DNA from: Mobula hypostoma
Lineage: Eukaryota
Direction of reading: 5' to 3'
Length of the DNA stretch: 64,000 nucleotides
Assembly (NCBI RefSeq): GCF_963921235.1
Contig: NC_086123.1
Location: forward strand, 14,694,001 to 14,758,000
The position numbers and the translations under genes are program-made. Each line of letters opens with the position of its first letter. Within the stretch, counting starts at the first letter, position 1. Under the pieces are notes generated by a model. It was given only the letters and a program-made list of their open reading frames with translations. It ran no database searches and was not told where the DNA came from. Of this stretch, positions 26,127 to 38,686 are shown piece after piece.

Positions 26127-26478
26127 GTAGTAGTAGGCAGCCATCGATCCCAAGGGATCATGGGTTTGCGCCTCTGGTGGACTGTGCCCTCTCCAAGGCA
26201 CAAGCCTGGGTGGAGTGATTTGAAGAACCAGCTGCTTCCCGTGCAGCGGGCTCCCCCTCTCCATGTCACTGATGTGGTCCAAGGGAAGGGCAAGCGCCGA
26301 TACAGCTTGGCACCAGTGTCGTCGCAGAGGCTACCAGAGTGAAGTTGTAAGCAACATCAAACTGCCTTAGGGGCCCCGGCACCAGACTTCTTCCTTGGGG
26401 TTTACTCCTGGAGCCTGTCCCATGGGGGGATATGGCCACAAGGCAGCAGAGGTTTAAAATCAGAGTTTTCCTTCTCCA
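26127..26478 (-). mobile_element. 5'-truncated copy of the RTE-derived element at 37393-37969 (ribozyme end missing)
   Basis: High similarity to ~37395-37725; (act)n-type tail. Confidence 0.85.
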
Positions 26479-27015
26479 AAATTCAATGTACTGGTGGTGT
26501 ATCACCATCATAACCCTTTCACAAAACGTAGGAACTAAGACTTGGCCCTGATAGTCTTTATAAGTTTTTGAAGCATCTCTGATGATCAAATGCAGTTTAA
26601 AAAAATACTTTTAATGGAAATTTAAAATTTATTTAAAACATGAACTTACTGCTAGTTAGTTTAAACATAATGAAAATTAAAGAAAATTAAACAAAAAACA
26701 TACCTAAGTATACATTCTAAATTAGGATTGCGAAACCTATTCAATCCATTGGATGCAACAGCAATGACCAACATAATGTTGAGGGGCCAGATTTGAAATG
26801 TAACTCGCCCCTAGGCTCTACATGTTACCGAGTTCAAAAGTCAGCCGAGAATCAAGGACAACATTGTAACTGGTTGCATGACCGTCTGGGATGGAAACAC
26901 CAATGGAAAACGCTGCAGAAGGTTGTAAACTCAGCGAGATCTGTCGTGGGCACTAGCCTCCCACCATCGAGACATCTTCACTGTATACAGTATATATACT
27001 GTATGCATTTACACA

Positions 27016-27977
27016 CAGTGGATTCTGGTTCATTGGGACACATTGGACCAGTACCTTTTGGCCCAATTAAACGGTTGCCTAATTAAACAAAGTTTCACTG
27101 AAATAGTTAAAATAGTTACAAAAAAGACAAACAGAGTAACAAATTATGTATTTAAATGAAATACAGAACAAATTAGAACACTACCAATAGTATTACAGTA
27201 CTATAAAACTGTGTATTAGTTCTTAATAGTTAATGCCCAAGGAATTTATCCAGCATACACAAAGAATAAAATCAGTGCAGAAACTTATTGCAGATAATGG
27301 ACTGCCTTCATATGATGCTATCAACGATTGCATCCTCCAAGTCTTCATTTCCATTATAACATTCAAGATGATTGTCGATACCTTCAAATTCTTTGTAGTT
27401 TCTAACTTGTTGAAGTAGTGAGATTGTTTCACTTTCACTCCCAGCCATTTCTGGCAGCTCCAAGCCAGAATGCTTGAAACCGCAGTGAACAAAACAGTTC
27501 AGAATTGTCTTACTGCTTATTTCTCACCAACTAACAGTGACAAAAATCACTGCTCTTTGAACACAAACACATGCAAATCATGCTATTTGTTCACTCTAGG
27601 CATGGTGTAGCATCTATCGGCCACACAAGTGCGTGCATCTGATGCTAGTTAGAATCTGTTCGGCAACAATCTCCTGCCCCAATTAAGCAGCATGCTATAC
27701 CAAATACAAACAAGAGAAAATCTGCAGATGCTGGAAATCTGAGCAACACACACAAAATGCTGGAGGAACTCAGCAGGACAGGCAGCATCTATAGAAAAGA
27801 GTGCAGTCGACGTTGGCTGCACTCTTCCTAGATGCTGCCTGGCCTGCTGAGTTCCTCCAGCATTTTGTGTTTGTGTTACTGTACCAGATAAACTATTTTC
27901 TCAACTAGTTTTTGTTCTTTACAAGTTGCCCCAAATAATTTGGCTGCCCTGATGGCCCAAATGACTGGAATCCACTG
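27016..27977. mobile_element. TcMar/pogo-like non-autonomous DNA transposon; second small copy at 27993-28158 with internal (CA)n(TA)n
   Basis: TIRs cagtggattc.gg / ctggaatccactg. Internal sequence recurs at ~39490-39508 plus 40019-40345. Confidence 0.7.
27708..27878. mobile_element. Palindromic Penelope-tail mini-element
   Basis: Arms ~27744-27811 and 27812-27877 centred on ACGT at 27810-27813; degenerate 12-bp TSD ctataccaaata/ctgtaccagata. Confidence 0.85.
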
Positions 27978-28041
27978 TGTATATACTGTATGCAGTAGAT
28001 TCCAGTTAATTGGGCCAGTGGTACACACACACAAGCACACT

Positions 28042-28100
<59 letters not shown>

Positions 28101-30104
28101 TATATATATATATAGGGCTGCCCGTTTTACTGCTGGCTCAATTAACTGGAATCTACTGCATACAGTATTTATATGTAGAGTAAAATATATATATTTGTAT
28201 TTATATATATCTTATTGTAATTTATAGTATATTTTATTTATTGTATTGTCCTGCTGCCACAGAACGTCAAAATTTATGATGTCTGTCAGCTGTATATCAT
28301 TCTGATTCTGATACATCTGACCTCCCATAAGTTCCTGACCTTTGTGCTGCAGCGTGTAAGTGCAGAAGTCTGCAATGAGCTTCAGTGAGGCTGGCCTCTA
28401 GTTCTTTACAAAACACAGGGATAATTGTCAGTGCCTCTGGTCCATTCTGACATACCTGAGCCAGGTAGACAATAGCATCAGTGATGTGTCGCTCAATGCC
28501 AAACACCCGGTTTTCAGTCTACCTCAGTAGCCACAGTAGGTTTCTGGTCAATGGTGACCTCAAGGAATCAAAGGCAAAAGTTTTGATGGTGGAAATGCCA
28601 TTGAAGGTCAAAGGAAAGACCTAGGACTCCTAGGCATTGTTGGCCAATTATGTACAACAAGTGTTACTTCCCATTTATCAGATTATCTCTGCATGTTGTC
28701 CTGGTCCTCCTGCACTGACCACGTCATTATCTGCCAAGTTACAGATGACATCAAACACTGATCACATCATTTAATACTGCATCTGAGAAGGGACAAATAA
28801 TTTCTGAACCTTGTAATTTTTGGACAAGATGGGCCAAATTCTAACTTGCTGTCATTCTATAATTCTAGAAAAAGATGTAAATCACTTCTCACTTTGCTTT
28901 GTCAAATCTTTATGTTGAATCTCAAGCATTTGATTAAAAAAAATGCTCTTTCATCATTGGGATAATCAGTATTTGTACATTCAGAACAGTCCTGCATTTT
29001 CCATAAATAAAACATAATACCTGCTGGATGTAGGTCTTCACAGTTATCAATTGCCGATTATTTCTTGATTGAATTTGCAGCAATTATATCACAGCCATTA
29101 ATCATCTTGTCATCATGTATTAAGGATGTGGAGTTTACAGGCAGTTGCAATACATACCAACAAGCACTTGGCAAAACCGTGATAGACCTCAAACTGAAAT
29201 AAAATCTCCAAAATAACATTAAAATCAGGGCCCAGAATTTGTTGGAAATGTATCAATGTCCTCATACTACATACTATTATAATTGTTACTAGGAAGAGAT
29301 ATCTGTGATATTTTTTTCTGGAGGCTTTGAATCAGACTTTAGCCCTGGGAAAACAGCAGATTACTGCCAATCTTTGCATGAGTTTCAAAAAGTTGCTACA
29401 TTTGCATATTAATAACCAATTAACTTCATTGCAGAAAGTTGGTTCTGGCACAAAACAGTGGAAGAACATTTTTAACAATGAGGTATGCGCAGTTTCAATG
29501 TCACTCGGTCTCTGTCCTCGTATGAAAACTATTCAAGTATGGAGTCCTACAGAGGGGAAGGGTTGTGATGCAAAATGTAGTTTATAAAAAAAAATTCTGT
29601 GATGTTACCTTTTTCTCATTCATTCTTTCCCTTTCTTTATTTTTCTTCCTATACATAATTAGACTCTAATTCTCAGAATTTCCTTTCCCCCCATTCCTTT
29701 GTACTTAATGTATTTATGAAAAGTATTTGGACAGCTATGCATTGAAAAAGTTTTGAGGGATATCAGAACCAAAATCAGGTTTAATATCACCGGTATATGT
29801 GGTGAAATGTGTTGACTTTTTGGCAGCAGTACAATGAAATACATAATAATAATTATTATTATTATTGTTGCATAATAATAATCATGCAATAATATGTATT
29901 GCATAATATTATGCTATACATAATAATGCATATTATGTATTATTATGCATAATATAATGTGTTATTATAATTAATAATACATTAATTATGTATGTATTAT
30001 TAATACATAATAATTATTATGTAATTAATTCACATAATAATGTGAATTACTAAATATATAAAAATAGTTAAATTAGTGCAAAAATAGAAATAAAAATGTA
30101 GTGA

Positions 30105-30525
30105 GGAAGTGTTCATGGATTCAATGTCCATTCAGAAATCAGATGGCAGAGGGGGAGTAGCTGTTCCTGAATCACTGAGTGTGTGCCTTCAGGCTTCTGT
30201 ATCTCCTCCCTAATGGTAACAATGAGAACAAGGCACGTCCTGGGTGATGAGATTCCTGAATGACAGATGCTGCCTCTTTGAGGCATCGCTCCCTGAAGAT
30301 GTGGTGGATACCACGGAGTCTAGAGCCCAAGGTGGAGCTGATTAAGTTTCCAGCTCTCTGCATTGTACTTTCATCCTGTGCAGTAGCACTCCCATGCCAG
30401 ATGGTGATGCGGCCAGTTAGAATGCTCTCCACGGTACATCTGTAGAAATTTTTGAGTGTTTTTGGAGACATACCAAATGTTCTCAAACTGCTAATGAAAT
30501 AGAGCCACTGTTGTGCCTTTTTTGT
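30105..30525 (-). mobile_element. Rex1/Babar-type LINE 3' fragment
   Basis: ORF 30172-30486 FGMSPKTLKNFYRCTVESILTG.IT.WHG..HPGRALFSLLPLGRRYRSL. Confidence 0.85.
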
Positions 30526-30974
30526 GGCTTTTTATGGGCTAAATGGGGAAAATGACACTAAGTCAGCATTGATTGAGTTTGGCCAAAGAGTCTGTTTATG
30601 TTCTGTATAGCTCCATGGCTCGATGACTCTTGCCATCCCTAAATCACTTAGCTCAAGGGCATAGACTTCTGCTTTTGTCATTCACCAAGGACCCAGATGC
30701 TCTGTTGCTCTCGCCATGTCATTATCAGCTCACACTTCCTGTAATTTGCAGCAGAGAGATTTGCCTTGCCAAAGGGTGTGAAGAAAAAATCTTGCCTGCC
30801 ACATGGTGTGCCATCCCAATAAATTCTGAGCCAACATGTGAAGTTTAATATGCAATTGTTCCATTAAAGATATCTCAATAAATTATTAAGGAATTAATGC
30901 CCCTATAATTTACCTAATTTCAATTATATTAAAGTTCATAAACACACAGCAGATGTAAAATTCAGCATCTCCTG

Positions 30975-31079
30975 TGATTTATAGAAAATCCAAATGTTCA
31001 TTAGTATTGATATGATTAAATAAAACCTGATTTATAGAAAATCCAAATGTTCATTAGTATTGATATGATTAAATAAAAC
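30975..31079 (+). repeat. Perfect tandem duplication (52-bp copies, period 53)
   Basis: tgatttatagaaaatccaaatgttcattagtattgatatgattaaataaaac at 30975 and 31028. Confidence 0.95.
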
Positions 31080-31129
31080 TTTTGAGCTATAAAGTTTCAG
31101 AAGCGTTTTTGAACATTTTCCTCCTTTTC

Positions 31130-31420
31130 TATCTCCTATGGTCCACTCTCCCTACCTATCAGATTCCTCCTTCTCCAGCCCTTTACCTCTCCCCCCGCCC
31201 CACCTGGCCTCACCTATCACCTTCTAGCCAGCCTCCTTCCCCTCTCTCCACCTTCTTAGTCTGGTGCCTTCCCCCTTCCTTCTCAGTCCTGAAGAGGGGT
31301 CTTGGCCCAAACCGTTGACTGGTTTTTCCTCTCCATAGATGCTGCCTGGCCTGCTGAGTTCCTCCAGCATTTTGTCTGTATTGCTTTGGATTTCCAGCAT
31401 CTGGAGACTTTCACATATTT
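31130..31420 (+). mobile_element. Penelope-like 3' tail fragment
   Basis: CT-rich UTR plus agtcctgaagaggggtcttggcccaaaccgttgact. Confidence 0.8.
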
Positions 31421-31989
31421 ATCTTTTTCTCTAAATGCTTAAAAACACTGGATTGGACTTGCTTATATAATATGGTATCACAAATAGCACTCTGATATAA
31501 TTTTCAATTAATCTGGTGAATCCACCTAACTGCAGAATATACAACAAAGTATATATAACATCTACTTGTTCAATGGTCATTAATTTTACATTGAATTTTT
31601 ATTAATTGATTCCAGCTGTTGTTATTTAAATATTGAAAGTATCTTGCTTCCTTTAATTTGTCTTTGAACTTTTTATCCTTGGCTCCTGTTGGAATGCATC
31701 AATGGCTATGTTAACCATCTCAAGTTCCGAAGAAATACATTAGTGCCCGAGAATAATGACCCCTGTAAACCTATGCAGATATTGAGCATGTCAGAAGAAT
31801 TAGGAGGCGCAGAGAAAGAAATTCTGGCCCAGAGCCACACTATATATCACTCTCTGGGAAAAGGACTATGCTGTAGCTACTAGGTTCCAGACTCGGGTGA
31901 AGAGCTCAGTGTTCTTAAAAATAAGACCCTTTGGACATCAGAAGTAGACTGGAGATGCGCAATCAAGGTTTGTGTGTCCTGACGTAGTT

Positions 31990-32605
31990 CAAATAGTGAA
32001 GAAGAGTGTGCTGGCCTTCAGCAGTCAGGGCATCGAGTGCAGGAGTAAGGATATTATGTTGCAGATGTATAGGTGATGGGTAAGTCTATACTTTGAGTAT
32101 TGTGTACAGCTTTGGTCACGCTGTTATAGGAAAGATATTGTCAAGTTGGAAGGAGTGCAAAAGAGATTTCCAAGGATGCTTCCTGGACTAGGTTTGCAAG
32201 GAGAAGTTAGCTATGCTGAATATTTACTCCTTGGAGCATTGGAGAACGACGGGGACCTCATAGAAGTTTACAAAATCATGAGGGCTATCAACAAGGTCAT
32301 AGCTGTTCTCCTGAAAGGTAGAGGGTGCAAATACAAGATACGAGGAGAGAGAGATTTAAAAGGGGCTTGAGCAGTAACTTCTTTACACAGAGGGTAGTGA
32401 GTACCTGGATTGAGCAGCTAGAGGAAGGGGTTGAGGTAAGTACAACTGCAACATTTAAGAAGCATTTGGATAATTACTGGGAGGGGAGGGGCTTGGAGGT
32501 TTATGGGTCAAATTGGGGCAACTGGGACGAGCGGCAAAGGTGCAGTGATTCGCGCAGACCAGCTGGGTCAAAGGCTATTTCTGTGCTGTATGTCTCTACG
32601 ACTCT
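31990..32605 (+). mobile_element. CR1 LINE 3' fragment
   Basis: EGVQKRFPRMLPGL, GDLIEVYKIM, NFFTQRVVSTW. Confidence 0.85.
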
Positions 32606-33617
32606 GATTTTTGCTTTGTTAATAGCAGAAAAGCTTTGAAGTATCAGGAGACGAGTCATTCATTTCAGGAGATCCAACAACTAAATTTGTGTTATAGCCA
32701 GAGCGTTTACGTGATCTAATTGAGAATCTGTTCAAGGGTGACACCAAGATTTTGATGGGAGAACCCTGCTTCTAAACATCAAGGATAGGTGGCTAGACTC
32801 TTTCCCAGAAGGTTCACAATCTTCTTTATGCCACGTACCAATACGATTAAGCAAGGAGTCCTTGGACCTCAGGTTGGGAACCCATGCTCTATCTGGTTGG
32901 AGATGCCTACTGTCTGGGACTTTCGAAGTATAAAGATTACTCGCTATGGATCAAACGCTTCCTGAATGTTGGACATTGACATGGGCTTGTTGGTTTTCCG
33001 AGGGCTTGCAAACAGAACTGAACTTTGTACAATCATCAGCAAAGATCTTCACTTCCAACCTTGTGCTAAAAGAAAAAGTGAACATATTGCAATGCGTCTA
33101 GGAAACATATTGTCATCGCTAGATTGCTTGATGCTGGATTATGTGGATAAGGTTGTAACAACTGCAAATGTATGAGGGTGAGATGGACAAATGAATGTTT
33201 TGTTAATTTCAGTAGCTTCTAAATGATGATGTATGTATATCACATGGAGCAGTATGAGGCCAGTCTTTCATTGAGAGATAGGATGTGATGGTGTCTTCAT
33301 CGACACTGACCACACTTTAGCAGCATTGCTAGAGTATCCTTTCAACTCCAATCCTGCCATTAATTCATTAGTGGTCATCTCCTCATTCTAAGTGGCTTCC
33401 TGGGACACAGGGCCTTGAAGACCCCTTTCTTCCTTTTCGCCTTGCTCTATGGCATTCTGAATCTCATCAGACGCTGTTTAAAAATATTTAGGCAGATACT
33501 GTGATAGAAAAGACAGAGGGGAATGTAAACGTAATGCGGGCAAAACCATGATTTGTGTAGATAAGCATGGACAGGTGGGCTGGAAAGGGCACCTTGCAGC
33601 CCACCTTGGTTTCAATG

Positions 33618-34310
33618 TGTAGCCCCCCTGGCTAGCCTCAGGTTGCTGAGCTCGCTGTCGTCTAGGGAAATAGCCCTCGGCCCCATCAAACTGGGTAATT
33701 GTGTGGATGCTGTGTGATGTACCCCACCCCGCCCAAATAACAGACAACACACCAGAGACCATTAAATGCTTTACAGTTTATAGATATTACTGGAACTATA
33801 TAATTAATAGAGAATAAAATATAAAAGGAAAATAAAAGGCGCCACACTTATCAAAGTTCAATCTCTTCGTGCACAAACAGTTGGAGCTCAGGACCCTTCT
33901 TCTTCACCCTGCGACCCCTCGAACCACCTCGACCGGCCGCCTGGGACCAACAACGGTGGTCGACCAGACACTCCACATGAGTCCATCTCCGTCCTCTCCT
34001 CGCCGAATGCCCTGCTCGGGGTCCGACCCCGTTAGCGGACTCACAGCACCTGGTCCATCCTCTGTCTCTCTCTCTCCCGCCTTTTCCTCCCAAAACCCCG
34101 TGCATACAAATCTTACAGATATACCAAAAGCATAACAACTATCCCAATTGGTTCGTAACACCTTCTTATCACAGTCTAACCCAAAACAAACTGCTAGCAC
34201 AAGAACTTTCTCAGCGTTTAACATAACAAGAAGCATTCCCAAGTATAACATAACAAAGAAGCCATTTTAGTTAGCCTACGCAGTAACATAAAAGACGAAA
34301 CCCCCTTACA
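33618..34310. mobile_element. Intact solo LTR (693 bp)
   Basis: TGTA...TACA ends with perfect 4-bp TSD aatg at 33614-33617 and 34311-34314. Confidence 0.85.
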
Positions 34311-35831
34311 AATGCAACATGGTTCTATGATTCAACGATTCTGTGAGAAAACGTGTTATCTTGTCTCTGCTTTATTCTCAGAAATGTAGAATACCTTCCA
34401 CCAACAGCTGGAAGCAATGTCCACCTTCCTTTTAAGAGATGGGAGCAGAGTTTTGGTCAGCACATCCACTCAAAATTAATGAAATGCAATAAGAAGCAGA
34501 ATTAACACTGCCTGGATGATACAATCACGGTAATGGGGTGAGAACTCATATTTTATGTGTAACCTGCACCAGGTTGGAATGGCACAGCTTAATCCTTCAT
34601 CAATAATCCAATGTATGTTTTCCGGTGGCCTCCAGATTCTTCTCTATGACTTTCACAGCAATAACCTTCTATGTCAAATCTAATGATAAATTGCTCTCAA
34701 TATATTCAATGGATCACAATTCAAAAGTAACCAAAAAAATTGCTTTGGGATAAAGTTTCCTGCAATTTATGAATTAAGAAGACATATAAAAACAGCAGAA
34801 CCCACTAACGTTATATAGATAACAATACTGGAGCTATCTGTTGAATCAGTTTTTATAAAACAATGTAATAACATTCCCATTACTGCTATGTTACAATAAA
34901 CTGGAGATTCTTTTCTCTGAAGGAGCAGAAGTAGATTGATAAAGTCTTACAGGTTATATCAATGCATCCATTATATTTTATTTCTTATCATTCCTTTCAG
35001 TCCTGATTTTCTTTTAAATAAACAACTTTATCTATTATCTTTTACTTTATTATTCCATCTACTTGAGACCTATAGACTTCTCTTTCAATCTGCCATTCTG
35101 ATTTAAATCTTCTTTCTTTCTTTATCAATCTTTTTATTATATCCAAATCTAATGTTAAGACAGTTAGAAATATATGCCAATCACATTTGGTTTAATAATT
35201 CTCACTTGCAGAGTTCTTGCCTATTGGTAAGAGGATTTGAATTCAAGACCTAACTCCGTATATATATACATAAATAATCTACGTCAACATTTGAATGGTT
35301 CAATGGTGTCACTTAATATCAGAGAATGTATACAATATACAACCTGAAATTCTTACTCTTTGCAAACATCCACAAAACAGAAGGAAAACCCCAAAGAATG
35401 AAGAACAGAAAAATGTTAGCGCCCTGAAGCCCCCCCATCCCATGCACAAACAGCATCAAAGCATCTATCCTCCTCCTCCCACTTGTTTCAGCATAAAGCA
35501 TCAGTCCTCCCCAACTTCGCCACCCACCATACAAGCAATAGCAAAGACCCCAATTCAGTATTCTGGGAGTACAATACCATCTGAGATATTGTCTTTCCTG
35601 TGAAACAATAACCACTGGTCTCTCTCTGCCCCGCGATCACCATAAAAATACCTATCACTTTCTGATGCAAGGCATGAGAATTTTCTTGGAACCATGGCAA
35701 ATTTTAATTTTTCAGTCAATGTGATCAAAAACAGATTATCAGATCAAATTATCCTATTGCCGCCTAGTATTAATTGACTTTCTCCACTTCATACAGTTAC
35801 TAAACTTGAAGAGGTTGTCGTGGGTAATTTA

Positions 35832-36223
35832 CAGGACCAGAAAAGCCTTTGGCACATGTAAAAGAATTCTATAAAGCAAAGATGCTCTCAAAAATAATGA
35901 GATGAAAGGTTTCTAAATATCAAAAAAATTACTATAAAGAGCTGTAAACAATAGAAATCAAAATCTATCAATATTTGGTGTGACCACCCTTTGCTTTTAA
36001 AACTGCGTCAATTCTCTTAGATACGCTGTTGTGCAGTTTGTAAGAAAATCATCTGCTATGTTGTTCCAAACATCTTGGAGAACTTGGCACAGTTCTTCTG
36101 CAGACTTTGGCTGTCTCACTTGCTCCTGTCTCTCCAGGTCATCCCAGACTGCCTCGATGGAGGCCATACCATCTGAAACCATATAAAAAAATCTAGGGAT
36201 CTGAAGACTTTTGCACAGTACTG
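35832..36223 (-). mobile_element. Internally deleted Tc1 element
   Basis: End gacttttgcacagtactg|TA. ORF 35997-36182 IEAVWDDLER..PKSAEELCQVLQDVWNNI (Tc1 C-terminus). Confidence 0.8.
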
Positions 36224-36269
36224 TATATTACAAACAGTCTTTGACACTCAGAAACTACAAGGAGCCTTG

Positions 36270-36835
36270 CAACACACATAAAAGTTGCTGGTGAACACAG
36301 CAGGCCAGGCAGCATCTCTAGGAAGAGGTACAGTCGACGTTTCGGGCCAAGACCCTTCGTCACAACTAACTGAAAGAAGAACTAGTAAGAGATTTGGAAG
36401 TGGGAGGGGGAGGGGGTGATCTGAAATGATAGGAGAAGACAGGAGGGGGAGGGATGGAGCCAAGAGCTGGGCAGGTGATTGGCAAAAGGGATACGAGAGG
36501 ATCATGGGACAGGAGGCCTAGGGGGAGGGGGGAAAAAGCCCAGAGGATGGGAAAGAGGTATAGTGAGAGGGACAAAGGAGAGAGAGGAAAAGAAAGTGTA
36601 TATATAAATAAATAACGGATGGGGTACGAAGGGGAGGTGGGGCATTAGCGGAAGTTTGAGAAGTCAATGTTCATGCCGTCAGCTTGGAGGCTACCCAGAC
36701 GGAATATAAGGTGTTGTTCCTCCAACCTGAGTGTGGCTTCATCTTTACAGTAGAGGAGGCCGCGGATGGACATATCAGAAAGGGAATGGGACATGGAATT
36801 AAAATGTGTGGCCACTGGGAGATCCTGCTTTCTCT
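36270..36835 (-). mobile_element. Penelope-like element 3' fragment
   Basis: GIY-YIG C-terminus (LRLEEQHLIFRLGSLQ) and tail with gtgacgaagggtcttggcccgaaacgtcgactg. Confidence 0.88.
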
Positions 36836-37392
36836 GGTGCCTTGTTCAAGAAGGAACCTTGTTCAGATTACAGTATATATTATTATTTCAGTCATAAAAG
36901 TAGCAAGGAAGCAAATTATAAAATAGATGTTATATTTATAACAAGACCACATGCAGCCTGGCAACTAGTTCTTTTTTCCTCTGGCCTTGTGTTGAAAAAT
37001 GTGTGATCCAGTCTCCACCCAGCAACTGAACAAAGAGAGGTCCTGGCCACACTTTGCACCTAGTCCTCAGCTTTACTGAGGAAGGACGTCATTTCAATGG
37101 CAAACTCAACCATTTGTAAAGGTTTGCCAAACCTGAAGAAGATAATATATCAAGGCTAGAGGTTGAATTATTTAGGTTTAATTGCATGGGACTATTTCAG
37201 GTCTTTTTAAAATTACAACTTTTATAATTGTTTAAAACAGTTTTTTTTATTTCTTTATCTTATCATTTAGAAACATTTCAATGGCATTTAGGTTATTAAA
37301 ACTTGTCTGGCTGTGGCCAGGTAGGGCATTCTCATTGTTCAGAGCCTAGTCTATCTCTTGGTCATGAAGGCTCCACTCAAACAGCCCAACAT

Positions 37393-37969
37393 AGTCGGCA
37401 GCCATCAATCCCAGGGGATCATGGGTTTGCGCCTCTGGTGGACTGCGTCCTCTCCAGGGCAAAGCCTGGGCAGGGTGATTTGAAGAACTGGCTGTTGCCC
37501 ATGCAGTGGGGTCCCCCTCTCCACGTCACTGGGAAGGGCAAGTGCCGATACAGCTTGGCACCAGGGTCGTCGCAGAGGCTGCCAGAGTGAAGTTGTAAAC
37601 AACATCAAACTGCCTTAGGGACCCCGGCTCCAGATTTCTTCCTCAGGGTTTACTCCTGAAGCCTTTCCCATGGGTGGGTATGGCTGCCAGGCAGCGGAGG
37701 TTTGAAATCAGAGTTTTCCTTCTTCCAGGCGGGCTGCCGTCCAAGGCTAATGAGCCCCACCTGCCCAAAGCAACTGGTTTTGAGGTGTCAGTGCTCCGCC
37801 TTTGCCCCTTCTCTTGTCAGTGGAAACAGTTCCGCCGGGCCTAGTAGCTAAGCCCCGTGAAGGCCCCGAAATGGACTTGGTTATGAGAGTCACACGTCAT
37901 TTGGAGCACTTTATAGGTAGTGGGAGCTTATTCCCACCACAACCCCCGGCTATGATAACCTTAGGAACC
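37393..37969 (-). mobile_element. Full-length non-autonomous RTE-derived element (5'UTR plus tail)
   Basis: TSD aaacagccca/aagcagccca (37379-37388, 37970-37979); no coding capacity; 5' end folds as an HDV-like ribozyme. Confidence 0.75.
37811..37969 (-). ncRNA. HDV-like self-cleaving ribozyme candidate (P4-less, L3 hairpin, partly decayed P2)
   Basis: P1 GGUUCC/GGAACU with G+1.U wobble; P3 GCC/GGC; L3 UUCACG plus 8-bp hairpin; J4/2 CUGA (catalytic C candidate at 37820). Confidence 0.6.
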
Positions 37970-38171
37970 AAGCAGCCCATCACATCTGGTAAAAGTAAGT
38001 GCAGTACTCTCCAGCCCATAGAATCATGGAATAAAGGCAAAACAGAATAGTACTGGACAAAAAGTATAGCACAGACAGAATCTAAGCTGTTCATTCCATG
38101 TAACCTCCACTGCAAAGGAAGCAATTTGTCCTTTCCTTTCCAACGTCTCTGTATTGTATTACTCTTCGGTG

Positions 38172-38686
38172 TACACACATCTACTGATGCTTCTGGACAC
38201 ATCTTCAGTGATGTTCCTGGAATCATCGGGTGTTTCGGGTCTTTCAACATCATACACCTTCCTCCAGGTGACCCAGCCGGGGCTGATCAGACCCCACCTT
38301 GTGTCCAGGTGGCTAGCTACTTATGACTCCATGGCTCCCCTCTTTTGAGCCACAGCCATCTTGAGGCCCTCTCTGCCGCATCGGTGGTTCTGCAGATGGC
38401 TCTTCTCGTCCTCTCTCCCTTGATGCCCAAATTGCTGAAGGCTCTAACTAAGGAACGGGCTGCAAATCCCCTACAACCAACCTCCACTGGGAGACACCTC
38501 GCTCTCCATCCAGCCTGCTGACAGTTGCTGACCAGTCCTGTGTACTTGGAGAGCTTCCTTTCAAAGGCCTCTTCCAAGTTATCTTCCCATGGGACTGTCA
38601 GCTCCAGCAGCACCACTTGCTTAGTAGACTCAGACACTAGGACAATGTCTGGTCGCAGGGTGGTGGCTGCAATATGGTTGGGGAAT
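38172..38686 (-). mobile_element. R2-superfamily (Hero-like) non-LTR element, restriction-like endonuclease C-terminus and 3'UTR
   Basis: TTLRPDIV..ESTKQVVLLELTVPWED..KLSKY..PVEVGCRGF..AERASRWLWLKR (RLE domain motifs). Confidence 0.88.

Noticed and set aside
29845-30060. Extremely AT-rich quasi-palindromic tract
   Set aside because: Low-complexity (taa/tat) expansion within a repeat tail; its symmetry is expected from composition.
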